A model generated the notes under the pieces. That model searched no databases, was not told the DNA's origin, and worked only from the letters and a program-made list of their open reading frames with translations. Shown in pieces: positions 40,599 to 50,292 of a stretch of DNA of 64,000 nucleotides (position 1 is its first letter; the number at the start of each line of letters is the position of its first letter). Both the position numbers and the translations under genes were made by a program. Location: contig JBHLKM010000008.1 in NCBI GenBank assembly GCA_048886685.1, positions 1 to 64,000 of the forward strand, in the 5' to 3' direction. Origin of the DNA: Candidatus Hodarchaeota archaeon. GTDB lineage: Archaea > Asgardarchaeota > Lokiarchaeia > Sigyniarchaeales > SOKP01.

Positions 40599-41849
40599 GT
40601 GATGATTATAAGCGATAAAGTCTATGTATATAGTGTAGGAATGACTAAATTTGGCAAGTTTCTTGATAAGAGCATTAAAGATTTGACTAAGGAGGCACTT
40701 AAATCCCTCCAAGATGACAACGATTTCGATTTAACCAATATTGAAGCTGCATGGTTTTCCAATACTGGTTGGGGAATGACAGATTTTCAGCATAGCATCC
40801 GAGGGCAAGTAGCACTTACTCCTAATGGAGTAGATAAAGTTCCAATAACAAATGTAGAAAATGCATGTGCTAGTGGAAGTACAGCATTCAACGGGGCATG
40901 GACTGCTATTAAAGCTGGAGTATTCGATTGTACCTTAGCTATTGGTACTGAAAAAGTATATCAAGAAGATCGAGCTAAAATGATGGGAGGTTTCATAGCC
41001 TATACAGACGTCGAAATGACAAGAAATCTGATAGCACAAATGCAAAAAGCAGCTAAAGAAAGAGCAGAAAAAGCAGCAAAAAGTGGAGAAAAGAAGGAAG
41101 GGAAGAAGGGAAGTCATTCAGTCTTCATGGATTTCTATGCAGCAGGAGCACGAGCTCACATGAAAGCATATGGAACGACACAGCGACAACTTGCAGCAAT
41201 TGCAGCAAAAAACCATAACAATTCCACCATGAATCCGCTTGCTCAATATACTTTCCCTATGACAGTTGATCAGGTTATGGAAGATTATGAAGTTGCGTAT
41301 CCATTAACTAGAGCAATGTGCGCCCCGGTAGGTGATGGATCGGCTGCTGCAATTCTGTGTTCTGAAAAATTTTTAAAAGAGCACCCTAATGATAAAGCAA
41401 TCCTAGTAAGAGCCTCAATTCTTCGGTCTGGTTCTTGGCAAAAAGATAATGTGTCTGAACGAGCTTCTACAGCTGCTTATAAAATGGCATCTCTTAACCC
41501 AAAAGATATAAATGTTGCTGAAGTTCATGATGCTACGGCTTATGGAGAACTCGAACAGATTGAACAAATGGGATTTTGCCCGGTAGGAAAAGGAGGTCCA
41601 TTTACCGAGAGTGGAGAAACAGAGCTTGGAGGTAAGATTCCAGTAAACCCAAGTGGTGGTTTATTATCTCGTGGACATCCTTTAGGCGCCTCTGGTTTAG
41701 CACAAATCTATGAACTTGTGACTCAGTTACGTGGAGACGCCGGCAAAAGACAAGTTGACAATCCTAAATTTGCCCTAGCTGAAAATGGTGGAGGAACAAT
41801 TGGTTCAGGGCCAGCAGCTATGTGTGTGCATATATTAGAAGCGATTTAA
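40599..41849 (+). CDS. Thiolase, SCP2/SCPx-type
   Basis: VGMTKFGK, NVENACASGS, EVHDAT, NPSGGLLSRGHPLGASG, ENGGG. Confidence 0.92.
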   Translation: MMIISDKVYVYSVGMTKFGKFLDKSIKDLTKEALKSLQDDNDFDLTNIEAAWFSNTGWGMTDFQHSIRGQVALTPNGVDKVPITNVENACASGSTAFNGAWTAIKAGVFDCTLAIGTEKVYQEDRAKMMGGFIAYTDVEMTRNLIAQMQKAAKERAEKAAKSGEKKEGKKGSHSVFMDFYAAGARAHMKAYGTTQRQLAAIAAKNHNNSTMNPLAQYTFPMTVDQVMEDYEVAYPLTRAMCAPVGDGSAAAILCSEKFLKEHPNDKAILVRASILRSGSWQKDNVSERASTAAYKMASLNPKDINVAEVHDATAYGELEQIEQMGFCPVGKGGPFTESGETELGGKIPVNPSGGLLSRGHPLGASGLAQIYELVTQLRGDAGKRQVDNPKFALAENGGGTIGSGPAAMCVHILEAI

Positions 41850-41915
41850 AATATTTTCACATTTCTTTCTTTATTCTCAAATTTTATTTTTCACCTTAAA
41901 ATTCCAAATTGAAGA

Positions 41916-42903
41916 TTGATGAAATTAGACCACTCCGAACCAATAACCATAATCTACGATACAGATATGGATTTGGATTGTGATGATGCAAGAGCTCTTG
42001 CAATGCTTCATGCCTTAATGGATTTTAAGGAAGCTAAGATTTTAGGAGTTATAGTTGACGTTCCATTTGAAGCTTCGGCGAAATGTGTTATGATAATTAA
42101 TAATTATTACTACTGTCCTGAAATTCAAGTTAGATTATTAGAAGATAGAGACTATAAGATGGGGGAAAAAATATCAATTATACCGTGATACTAAAAAGCA
42201 ACTTGCTAAATATGTAAACTATTACGCTGGTAAGATTGTAGAACATTACTCATCAGATATTACAAAAAGTCAAAAGATATGGGAATTCGTTACTTTATAT
42301 CGACATTTATTATCAAACTCCGAAAATCATTCTGTTGTTATTATCGCGGTAGGATTGCTTATTGCATTAAAAGCTCTTTTAGATTCACCTCCAGATAATC
42401 TCTCTCCTCTAAATGGGACAGGTCTTGTGAAACTAAAAGTAAAAAAACTTGTTACTATGGGGATCGGGAGGTTTCCAAGTACTCAAGCAGAATTTAATTG
42501 GTTAATGGACTGGGAAAGTGCGCGTTTTGTTATCATTCATTGGCCTACTGAACTTGTAGTACAATCTAATGGTACTGAGTTCTTTATTGGAAATAAATTG
42601 TCCATTAAAACACCAGAATCAAACCCAGTTCGCAAAATTTATGAAACATGCCTAAAAGATCCTAAAAGAGGGAATTCTAGTTGGGATCTCATAGCAACTT
42701 TCTATGGCGTTAGAGGGTGTGATGTGTACCTCGAAGAAAAAAGAGATTACCGTATAACTCTTGAATCTGAACGCGGGAAAAATCATTGGGTTTCAGATAA
42801 AAATAATGAATTTAATCACTTATTTTTAACTTAAGTACCTCCAATAATAAAATTTAAGGAAGTTCTAGAAGATCTCCTAACTAAACAACCAAATAAAATA
42901 TAA
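41916..42903 (+). pseudogene. Nucleoside hydrolase-like pseudogene
   Basis: DTDMDLDCDDA motif; frameshift in the G5A6 run at ~42161-42171 leads into the ORF 42355 frame (AEFN, SWD); internal TAA at 42832; frame closes at 42903. Confidence 0.8.
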
Positions 42904-42911
42904 AGATAATT

Positions 42912-44585
42912 TTAGTCTCTTTTTATCTCGTATCCCGCTTTTTCTCTGTCATACGTAGTATCTGTTATACCACGTTCTTTAAGGAAACGCTTCATTATTC
43001 TATGTACTTCACTCTTCGGTAATTTTTCTACAAAATCAATGTATCGTGGTATCATAAAATATGCCATTTTGCCTTGGCAGAAATCTAAAAGCTCTTCAGG
43101 AGTCATCGATTCTCCTGGTTTCAAAACTACAGCAACCATCACTTCATCTTCTCCTAATTCTGATTTAACACCATAAGCAGCACACTCTAGAACTTTATCA
43201 TGTAAATTTATTACTTTTTCAATGCTAAACGATGCAATGTTTTCGCCACGCCTTCTAATAGAATCTTTCTTTCTGTCTACGAAGAAATACCAACCATCTT
43301 TATCTTTATATGCCATATCACCTGTATGGAACCATTTTTGACCATCCTTCCCTTCCCGTATTAAGTTTTTTGATGCTTCTTCGTCCTTATAATATTTCAC
43401 TTGCCGTTCTTTCACTTCCGTATCTTTTACGAGAAACACTAATTCCCCAATTTTTTCAGGTTCTTCAAGTATCACTCCGTTATCATCCATGATTCCTGCT
43501 ACAGCACCCATAGCTGGTTTTCCCATCGATCCAACAGGTACTTTATCCGATCCTTGGGCACCTAGAGTAAAACCAGCTCCATCCGTTGCCCCATAACCTT
43601 CATTAATTTTTACACCAAATCGTTCTTCAAAAGCTACCCATAATTCTCTAGGACAAGCAGCTGAACCAATGTTTCTCACATTATGTTCTTCATCATTCGG
43701 TCTTTCTGGCTGTTTCATTAGTATGGGAATCATAGCTCCAAGTGTGTTAAAAGTAGTCACACCATACTTCCGACAAATATCCCAATGACGACTTGCACTA
43801 AATCTTTTACCAAGAATTAAAGGTCTCTCAGCAAAATATGCTGATAAAGTTGTTAAGAATAACGCATTTGAATGAAATAAAGGTAGACTTGTAAAAAGAA
43901 CTTCGTCTTTGGGGATCCTAAAACTAGCAAAAGCTATTAGAGTTTGAAGGTTAAGACCTACGAGCAACCTGCCTTGCCAAAACATTATTGCCTTTGGTAG
44001 ACCTGTAGTGCCAGCTGTATACATAAGCATGCATAGATCATCTACGCTAATCTCAACTTCAATATCTTCTTCAGATGTCTTCATTACTTCTTGAAAAGAA
44101 AAAATTCCTTCTGGTAATTTAAAATCTTCAGCTGCTTCACTGGTGTCAACTATAATATATTTTACCTTAGGTAATTGGGTCCTAATATCTAAAATCGCGT
44201 TTAAGAAAGACCAATGGACAACAACGGCTTTAGCATCTGAATGATCTATTATATATCTTAGCCCTTCTCCCCTTAATGAGATATTAACTAATACAGAATA
44301 CATTCCGGCTTTGAATGTAGCAAATATTGTATATAAAAACTCAGGAGAATTGATTTCCATTAAAGCCACGCCGTCACCCTTTTTAAGTCCTATGTTATAT
44401 AAACCATTTGCTAAACGGTTTGACATTAAATGCATATCCTTATAAGTGTATTTTTCATCGATTCCTTTATCAAAGTCCCTAATGTACGTCATAAAAACCT
44501 TATCTCCTACAGTTTCTGCCTTATTTTTCACAACTTCCCTTAATATTGTATCACTTTTTACTACAAATTTTTCAGTTGTCGACAT
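42912..44585 (-). CDS. ATP-dependent acyl-CoA ligase (CaiC/FATP-like), third paralog
   Basis: YTAGTTGLPK, LPLFHSNA, RFSASRHW, DRKKDSIRRRGENIA. Confidence 0.9.
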   Translation of the reverse strand: MSTTEKFVVKSDTILREVVKNKAETVGDKVFMTYIRDFDKGIDEKYTYKDMHLMSNRLANGLYNIGLKKGDGVALMEINSPEFLYTIFATFKAGMYSVLVNISLRGEGLRYIIDHSDAKAVVVHWSFLNAILDIRTQLPKVKYIIVDTSEAAEDFKLPEGIFSFQEVMKTSEEDIEVEISVDDLCMLMYTAGTTGLPKAIMFWQGRLLVGLNLQTLIAFASFRIPKDEVLFTSLPLFHSNALFLTTLSAYFAERPLILGKRFSASRHWDICRKYGVTTFNTLGAMIPILMKQPERPNDEEHNVRNIGSAACPRELWVAFEERFGVKINEGYGATDGAGFTLGAQGSDKVPVGSMGKPAMGAVAGIMDDNGVILEEPEKIGELVFLVKDTEVKERQVKYYKDEEASKNLIREGKDGQKWFHTGDMAYKDKDGWYFFVDRKKDSIRRRGENIASFSIEKVINLHDKVLECAAYGVKSELGEDEVMVAVVLKPGESMTPEELLDFCQGKMAYFMIPRYIDFVEKLPKSEVHRIMKRFLKERGITDTTYDREKAGYEIKRD

Positions 44586-44715
44586 GCTTAATAACCTAAA
44601 TTTGAATTTTTTAAAATTAATTGAGATTCTATGGTAATTAGTTTTTTATTTTAGAAATTAATGAAGATTTTTATCTTTATTGAAAGCCCTGTTAATTAGG
44701 TTTAAAATACTATTT

Positions 44716-46569
44716 CTAGGTAAAAATTTCTTTTATCAATGATTCTAAGAAAGGAAAGTCTTTTAATTCAAGAACTTGACCTGTCTTGTAATATTTATTT
44801 AGAATTTTTTGAACGGAAGCATCTTTTTGGATTAGTAAGGCAAACTTATCTAATTTTTGGATAGCTTTGTAAGATTGTCCTTTGAATAGATAGCATATTA
44901 AGAAAGGTTTATTTGATCTCATGAGCGCCGTTTGTTGACCAAATTTAACCCGGTCAATCCCTTCAGAGAAGAACTCATCACTTATAGAATTAAATACGGT
45001 TAAAAAACTTCCAAAAAGCTCGTTATCGCGATTCCATTCGTTCACAAAAGGATACGAGAACGTGAGAATACCTCCTTCGGATACAATCAAGAGTAACAAT
45101 GGAGATTCATCGCTTAACTCAGGTGGTTTTATAGCAAGTCTTCCTTGCATCCTATCAACGGTATTGTCTAATAATGCTAAGTCCATTCGCTCAGAAATTG
45201 GTGCTTTAGTGCTTTTAAGAGTTTCCCATTTGTTTAACTGTTCTAATAATCTATCATGTTCACTTGAGATTGCTCGAGCTAATAATTGGAGACCATAAGA
45301 CTCTGCGATATCTTGTGCTTTAGTTAAATACCTTCTTGCATCTCCCATGTTCATTTGAAGCAAGGAAATTTGTCCCTGCAACAAAAGAGTATGACTATGT
45401 AATGAAATGGATTTAGTGCGTTTTGTTTCCTTTAGTAATTTATCGATCAGAGGTATAATATCATCCAGAATTCCCAGGTCATTAGTTGAGCGTAATTCTT
45501 CAAGGTAATAATCGCAAAGTTCAACTATCGGATAATTTGGCCACGCTGATAGGACACCAAGAGTACTACTACTTTTTATTTTATCACGTCTTTCAATTTC
45601 TTGAATAAGAAATCTTTCAGCTTCGGCTCTCTCTCGAGTTCGAGTACTCCTTCGCAATATCCGTGCTTTTGATAATAAATACATGGGAAAATCCTCAGGA
45701 ATTTTGTTTTTTTCAAAGTATTCACGGTATCGTCTTAAATATTTCTGAGCTTGCTCAAACGACTTCTTATCTAACGCGATTTTAATCAGAGAATCATATC
45801 TCCAACCAACCTCATGAAGAAATACGGGAATATTTATGCTTTCAAAAAAAGGAAGACTCTTTTCAATATATTCAATTGCTAAATCTAATTTCCCTTGTTG
45901 ATAGTAAACATTTCCGATGCCATTTAAATTAGAAGCAATAATTCCTTTAGATAATAAATCTTGTCCCTTAGATATGTCTAAGCTTCTCAAGAGATACTTT
46001 AAGGCTTCATCTAATTCTCCTTTTTCTTCATACGAAATTCCGATTAAATATAAGGAAAAAGGTACAAGTCCAGCAAATGACAGAATTTTTTCAAAGGTTA
46101 GAAGACTCTTTTTTTGGTGCTCTATAGCAAGATCATATTTCTGTTCCCACCAATAAAAAAGACCCTTAATGAACGACACTCTAGCTTCCCCCTCTTCAAA
46201 TTCAGAAGAAGGTTCTTGCGCGGCAGATTGGAGCAATATTTCAAAAGTTTCAAGGTCTTTTGAAAATTCCTGAGGTCGCCCAAGAAAGTATAATGCCCAG
46301 AATTTAATCCAAAGCGACGCAATTGAAAGAAGCGGTTTACCTAACTTTTGACTTTCTTGATAAAGTTGTTCCCCAATACTAAGACTTTTTACGAATTCTG
46401 TTTGGTTTAGTTTAACATCCCCTTTAAAAATCTTGAGTCTGAGTTCCTCTGTGGGTGTAAGGTTCATTTTTTCTTTAAAATCGTCTATTAACTGTATAGC
46501 TTCTTTATATTTTGCTTCAATTAGAAGGCGATAACCACGCTCCAGTACTTTATCAAATGAATCGGACAT
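44716..46569 (-). CDS. TPR protein with a C-terminal longin-like domain (Asgard-type)
   Basis: TPRs (LNGIGNVYYQQGKLDLAIEYIEKSL); C-terminal PLLLLIVSEGGILTFSYPF...LFGSFLTVFNSISDEFFSEGIDRVKFG. Confidence 0.75.
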   Translation of the reverse strand: MSDSFDKVLERGYRLLIEAKYKEAIQLIDDFKEKMNLTPTEELRLKIFKGDVKLNQTEFVKSLSIGEQLYQESQKLGKPLLSIASLWIKFWALYFLGRPQEFSKDLETFEILLQSAAQEPSSEFEEGEARVSFIKGLFYWWEQKYDLAIEHQKKSLLTFEKILSFAGLVPFSLYLIGISYEEKGELDEALKYLLRSLDISKGQDLLSKGIIASNLNGIGNVYYQQGKLDLAIEYIEKSLPFFESINIPVFLHEVGWRYDSLIKIALDKKSFEQAQKYLRRYREYFEKNKIPEDFPMYLLSKARILRRSTRTRERAEAERFLIQEIERRDKIKSSSTLGVLSAWPNYPIVELCDYYLEELRSTNDLGILDDIIPLIDKLLKETKRTKSISLHSHTLLLQGQISLLQMNMGDARRYLTKAQDIAESYGLQLLARAISSEHDRLLEQLNKWETLKSTKAPISERMDLALLDNTVDRMQGRLAIKPPELSDESPLLLLIVSEGGILTFSYPFVNEWNRDNELFGSFLTVFNSISDEFFSEGIDRVKFGQQTALMRSNKPFLICYLFKGQSYKAIQKLDKFALLIQKDASVQKILNKYYKTGQVLELKDFPFLESLIKEIFT

Positions 46570-46643
46570 GTTAATTATTTGACATTTTTGTTTTCAAAAC
46601 AATAAAAATATAAAAAAAGATAGAATAAAAATATTGCTTATTA

Positions 46644-48179
46644 TTAATCTTCTACGAGATGTTCTGTATAATCATGGTCGTAAGAATATAAATGGAACTT
46701 ATTTGGGCTCAAGAGGTAGTTTGGATCAACCGCCTTTTTCATGTCTTTAAAGAATTGCATAAATTCGGGAGTATAGGCCCCCGCTTCTACAATTGACTGA
46801 CTAATAGATTCTCCTAACCAGTAATGCGCGCCACCATACCGAACTTGATGCCGGATCTTCTTATGCCAAATGTTCATAGTCGCTTCACGGTTTTCATCAG
46901 TGTTGTCACCTCCGAGACCTCCTACAATCACACAGTTTCCATTGGGCAAAAACATTAAGAATGCGGCAAAAACGGGGTATGGGGGATTCCCCGGTGGAAA
47001 TTCTTTCGCATTGCTTATATTGAATTGTACTCCTTTTTGAACACTTTCATTTAACCTGGAAATCGCAACCTTGTGACATGTTGTACATGAGATTTTAGGT
47101 GGGGCAGTTGAGATATATTTTTGAAAGAAGTTGAACTCTTCTTTTAGTGTGAACTTCCAGTCTTTTGACAATTTCATGTCTAAATCAATCTCCTGCCATT
47201 CAAATGGTCGACACACATCATCTTGTAACATAATCTCATTAGTTTTTTCAAGATAGATATCTAAAATTCGTTGATCAGTTGCTTCTAATGTCACTGAAAA
47301 TACTGGTCCGGTTATTTTTGGTCTTTTACTGGGTTTATTTACAACTTGAGTTGATAATAGTTGAAACAATATGGATGGCCATACCATTAAATCATTTAAA
47401 CCATCCCCCACTTCTTTGCGTAGTTTATGACCAATCTTAAATACCTGATTATAGTCATCCTTTAAAAGCATATAATATCTCCGTACTTTAAATGGAGGAT
47501 CTGGGAATAATCTTAGGAATGCTTTGCATTTAATTCCCATAGTGCCAACATCTCCCATAAATAATCCTGTAAAATCTGGGGCAACACCATATCGGCAGAA
47601 AGGAGTAGCATATTGGTTTGCTGCTGACCCTGTTCTTACAATTGTTCCTTGGGGATTAGGAAGTACTACTTCAACTCCAAGACATATGTCTGGTACTATA
47701 CCATATTTCGTAGAACTAAATCCTACTGTAGCATTTGAGAGTCCTCCACCGATTGTCGCTGAATAACCGCTTCCAGGTCCAAGAATTCCTGTAGTCATCC
47801 CTTTTTTCTGTAATTCTGAGAGCATAGACCCCCATGTGATCCCACATCCAACGATGCAGTAATAATCATCCACGTTAATTTCATGGATTTGGTTCATTCG
47901 GGTAAGGTCGATAAGAATACCTCCTTCAGTAGTTGATCCCCCAACAAGATCTGCACCTCCACCTCGAGGAACCATGGGAATTTTGTATTTATTAGCAATT
48001 TTTACGATTTCAGATACTTCTTCCGTTGTTTCTGGCTTTACAATTATATCAGCCCAGCGGTCAGGAAAAGCAGGATCGACACCTCTCGAGTATGCTGCTT
48101 TCATAAAATCCGCATCGGATATGAAGTCTGATCCAATGACATCTTCTATTTCTTTATACGCATTTTTAACCTTGGACAT
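46644..48179 (-). CDS. FAD-binding oxidoreductase (VAO/GlcD family), paralog A1
   Basis: PRGGGADLVGG, ATIGGG, GVEVVLPN, HYWLGE, DPNYLLSPNK. Confidence 0.9.
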   Translation of the reverse strand: MSKVKNAYKEIEDVIGSDFISDADFMKAAYSRGVDPAFPDRWADIIVKPETTEEVSEIVKIANKYKIPMVPRGGGADLVGGSTTEGGILIDLTRMNQIHEINVDDYYCIVGCGITWGSMLSELQKKGMTTGILGPGSGYSATIGGGLSNATVGFSSTKYGIVPDICLGVEVVLPNPQGTIVRTGSAANQYATPFCRYGVAPDFTGLFMGDVGTMGIKCKAFLRLFPDPPFKVRRYYMLLKDDYNQVFKIGHKLRKEVGDGLNDLMVWPSILFQLLSTQVVNKPSKRPKITGPVFSVTLEATDQRILDIYLEKTNEIMLQDDVCRPFEWQEIDLDMKLSKDWKFTLKEEFNFFQKYISTAPPKISCTTCHKVAISRLNESVQKGVQFNISNAKEFPPGNPPYPVFAAFLMFLPNGNCVIVGGLGGDNTDENREATMNIWHKKIRHQVRYGGAHYWLGESISQSIVEAGAYTPEFMQFFKDMKKAVDPNYLLSPNKFHLYSYDHDYTEHLVED

Positions 48180-48395
48180 TTATTTCACCAATTTTTAAAA
48201 ATATAATAATTAAAAGATAGACCTAATATCCTAATAAACGTTACTTACATAATCGGTAACTTATTAGAATAAGTTTGAAAATATTTGTAAGATTTAAGAA
48301 CTATATATATATTAATTCAAATAAAAGATGAATATAATGAGAATTATAATTAAGATTTTTCGCTGTTTTATTCATGAACCTTTGAGGGGGGGATC

Positions 48396-49478
48396 ATGCC
48401 TGCAGTAAGACCGTCGGATGGTCCGGTTGCGGTGACAGGTGCCTCGGGTTATGTCGGTTCCCATGTGGTGACCGCGTTGATGAGGCATGGGTATACTATA
48501 CATGCTTGTGTGAGAGATCCGAACAACCCTGATAAGACTGACCATTTATTGGCACTTAATGAAGGCGATTACCCTGGTCATTTGGAACTATTTACTGCCA
48601 ATCTACTCGATGAGGGTAGTTATGATACAGCATTTAAAGATTGTAGTGCCGTGCTTCATGTTGGCACACCTATGGGTTATGGCGGCGATAATAATCCCCG
48701 ACAGATTTACAATGGTGCAATAAATGGCACCAAGAACGTCCTCAATTCAGTTAAGAAAGTGGGTACGGTTAAGCGGTTTATTTATACGAGCTCTTTTTCA
48801 GCAATCCATCACCCAATGAAGTCTGGATATATCTTTACTGAGAAAGATTGGGCTTCAGACAATCGTGAGAACGATCCGACCTGGAGTAAAGACAGGATCG
48901 ACCTAGATGGGGAGATGGCTTATTCGATGGCCAAAGTTGAGACCGAGAAAATGGCCTACAAATTTGCTGAGGATGATGGTCGTTTCGATGTTATTTCTGT
49001 CTGTCCCATTGCCGTGTTGGGGCCACTTCTCTCCCGGGTGCATGAGCGACCGGGTTCTTGGCAATGGGAGCTTGGTCGTATGCTAGAGGGCAAAACTGTC
49101 CAACGTGCTTGGAATTGGTTGTGGAATATCGTTGATGTACGCGATGTTGGCGAATCACAGACGCTAATGATCGAGAGTAACGTCTGTAAGAATGGATGGC
49201 GCTATATCTTGAGTGCTACAGACGAATCAGGAGAACTTAACGCGTTACAACTTCAAACGCACCTGCAAAAGTTATTCCCACAAATCGATGTGGGCGGTCC
49301 TCCTGATGAAATCAATGTGATCATCGAAAAATATGGCAATGTCTACCAATCGCCACTCGCCCATTGTGATCGAGCCCGAGAGGAACTTGGTCTCAAGACT
49401 CATGCTATCGAGGATACATTGCGAGAGACTGGGCAAACTATGATCGATTTTGGTCTGGTGAAGCCAGCTTTGAAGTAG
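48396..49478 (+). CDS. NAD-dependent epimerase/dehydratase, dihydroflavonol/cinnamoyl-CoA reductase-like extended SDR; GC-rich
   Basis: TGASGYVG, YTSS, YSMAK, VDVRDV; visibly higher GC than its flanks. Confidence 0.88.
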   Translation: MPAVRPSDGPVAVTGASGYVGSHVVTALMRHGYTIHACVRDPNNPDKTDHLLALNEGDYPGHLELFTANLLDEGSYDTAFKDCSAVLHVGTPMGYGGDNNPRQIYNGAINGTKNVLNSVKKVGTVKRFIYTSSFSAIHHPMKSGYIFTEKDWASDNRENDPTWSKDRIDLDGEMAYSMAKVETEKMAYKFAEDDGRFDVISVCPIAVLGPLLSRVHERPGSWQWELGRMLEGKTVQRAWNWLWNIVDVRDVGESQTLMIESNVCKNGWRYILSATDESGELNALQLQTHLQKLFPQIDVGGPPDEINVIIEKYGNVYQSPLAHCDRAREELGLKTHAIEDTLRETGQTMIDFGLVKPALK

Positions 49479-49539
49479 ATTTGGAAGTTAGGTAGCTTTA
49501 TGTATAAATTTGGTAAAAATTAAATAAATTCCTTATTTT

Positions 49540-50202
49540 TTGAATGTAATGACAGATTTTAACGAAGAATTTAAAGATACATTAAAATCTACATTTTTTT
49601 TAGATTGGAAACATCCATCAGTCTTACAAAAAGCTAAAGAGCTGACAGATGGAATTGAAGATGATATTGGGAAGGCAATTAAACTTTTTTATTTTGTACG
49701 AGACGGGATAAGATATTCAGTTAAAGATTCTCCTTTGTCTTTTAACAAGGAAGAATGGAAACCGAGTTTAACTCTGGAAAAAGGATATGGATTTTGCATC
49801 CCTAAGGCGATTTTATTGGCATCATTAGCCAGAGCAGTTGGAATTCCTTCAAGACTTCATTTTGTTGATATTGTTAACCATATGACTAGTGAGAGGCTCA
49901 AAAAAGATATGGGGAGCAACCTTTTCATATTTCATGGTTTCGTTGAACTTTTCTTAAATGGGAAATGGGTAGAAGCGAATTGTGCTTTTGATAAAGAGCT
50001 GTGTATAAGAAAAAATTTCCCATGGGTAGATTTTGATGGTGTAAAAGACGGACTTTTTGCAAGTACAACTGAAGACGGAGAACCATTTGTGGAGTATATC
50101 AAGGATCGAGGTGTTTACAATGATGCACCTCACCAAGAGATTATGGAAACGTGGGCTATGGAATATCCCAACCGTTATAAAAAGAGTGAGACACCTATTT
50201 AA
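49540..50202 (+). CDS. Transglutaminase-like cysteine protease-fold protein
   Basis: FYFVRDGIRY, GFCIPKAILLASLARAVGIPSRL, FHGF, GKWV. Confidence 0.85.
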   Translation: MNVMTDFNEEFKDTLKSTFFLDWKHPSVLQKAKELTDGIEDDIGKAIKLFYFVRDGIRYSVKDSPLSFNKEEWKPSLTLEKGYGFCIPKAILLASLARAVGIPSRLHFVDIVNHMTSERLKKDMGSNLFIFHGFVELFLNGKWVEANCAFDKELCIRKNFPWVDFDGVKDGLFASTTEDGEPFVEYIKDRGVYNDAPHQEIMETWAMEYPNRYKKSETPI

Positions 50203-50292
50203 TTCATATCTGAAAGCTTTTGGAAAAAAACTCTAAGAAGTAAATTTTATTAGTAGTTCAAATCTAATTCTTTATAACTCATATTAATAAAA

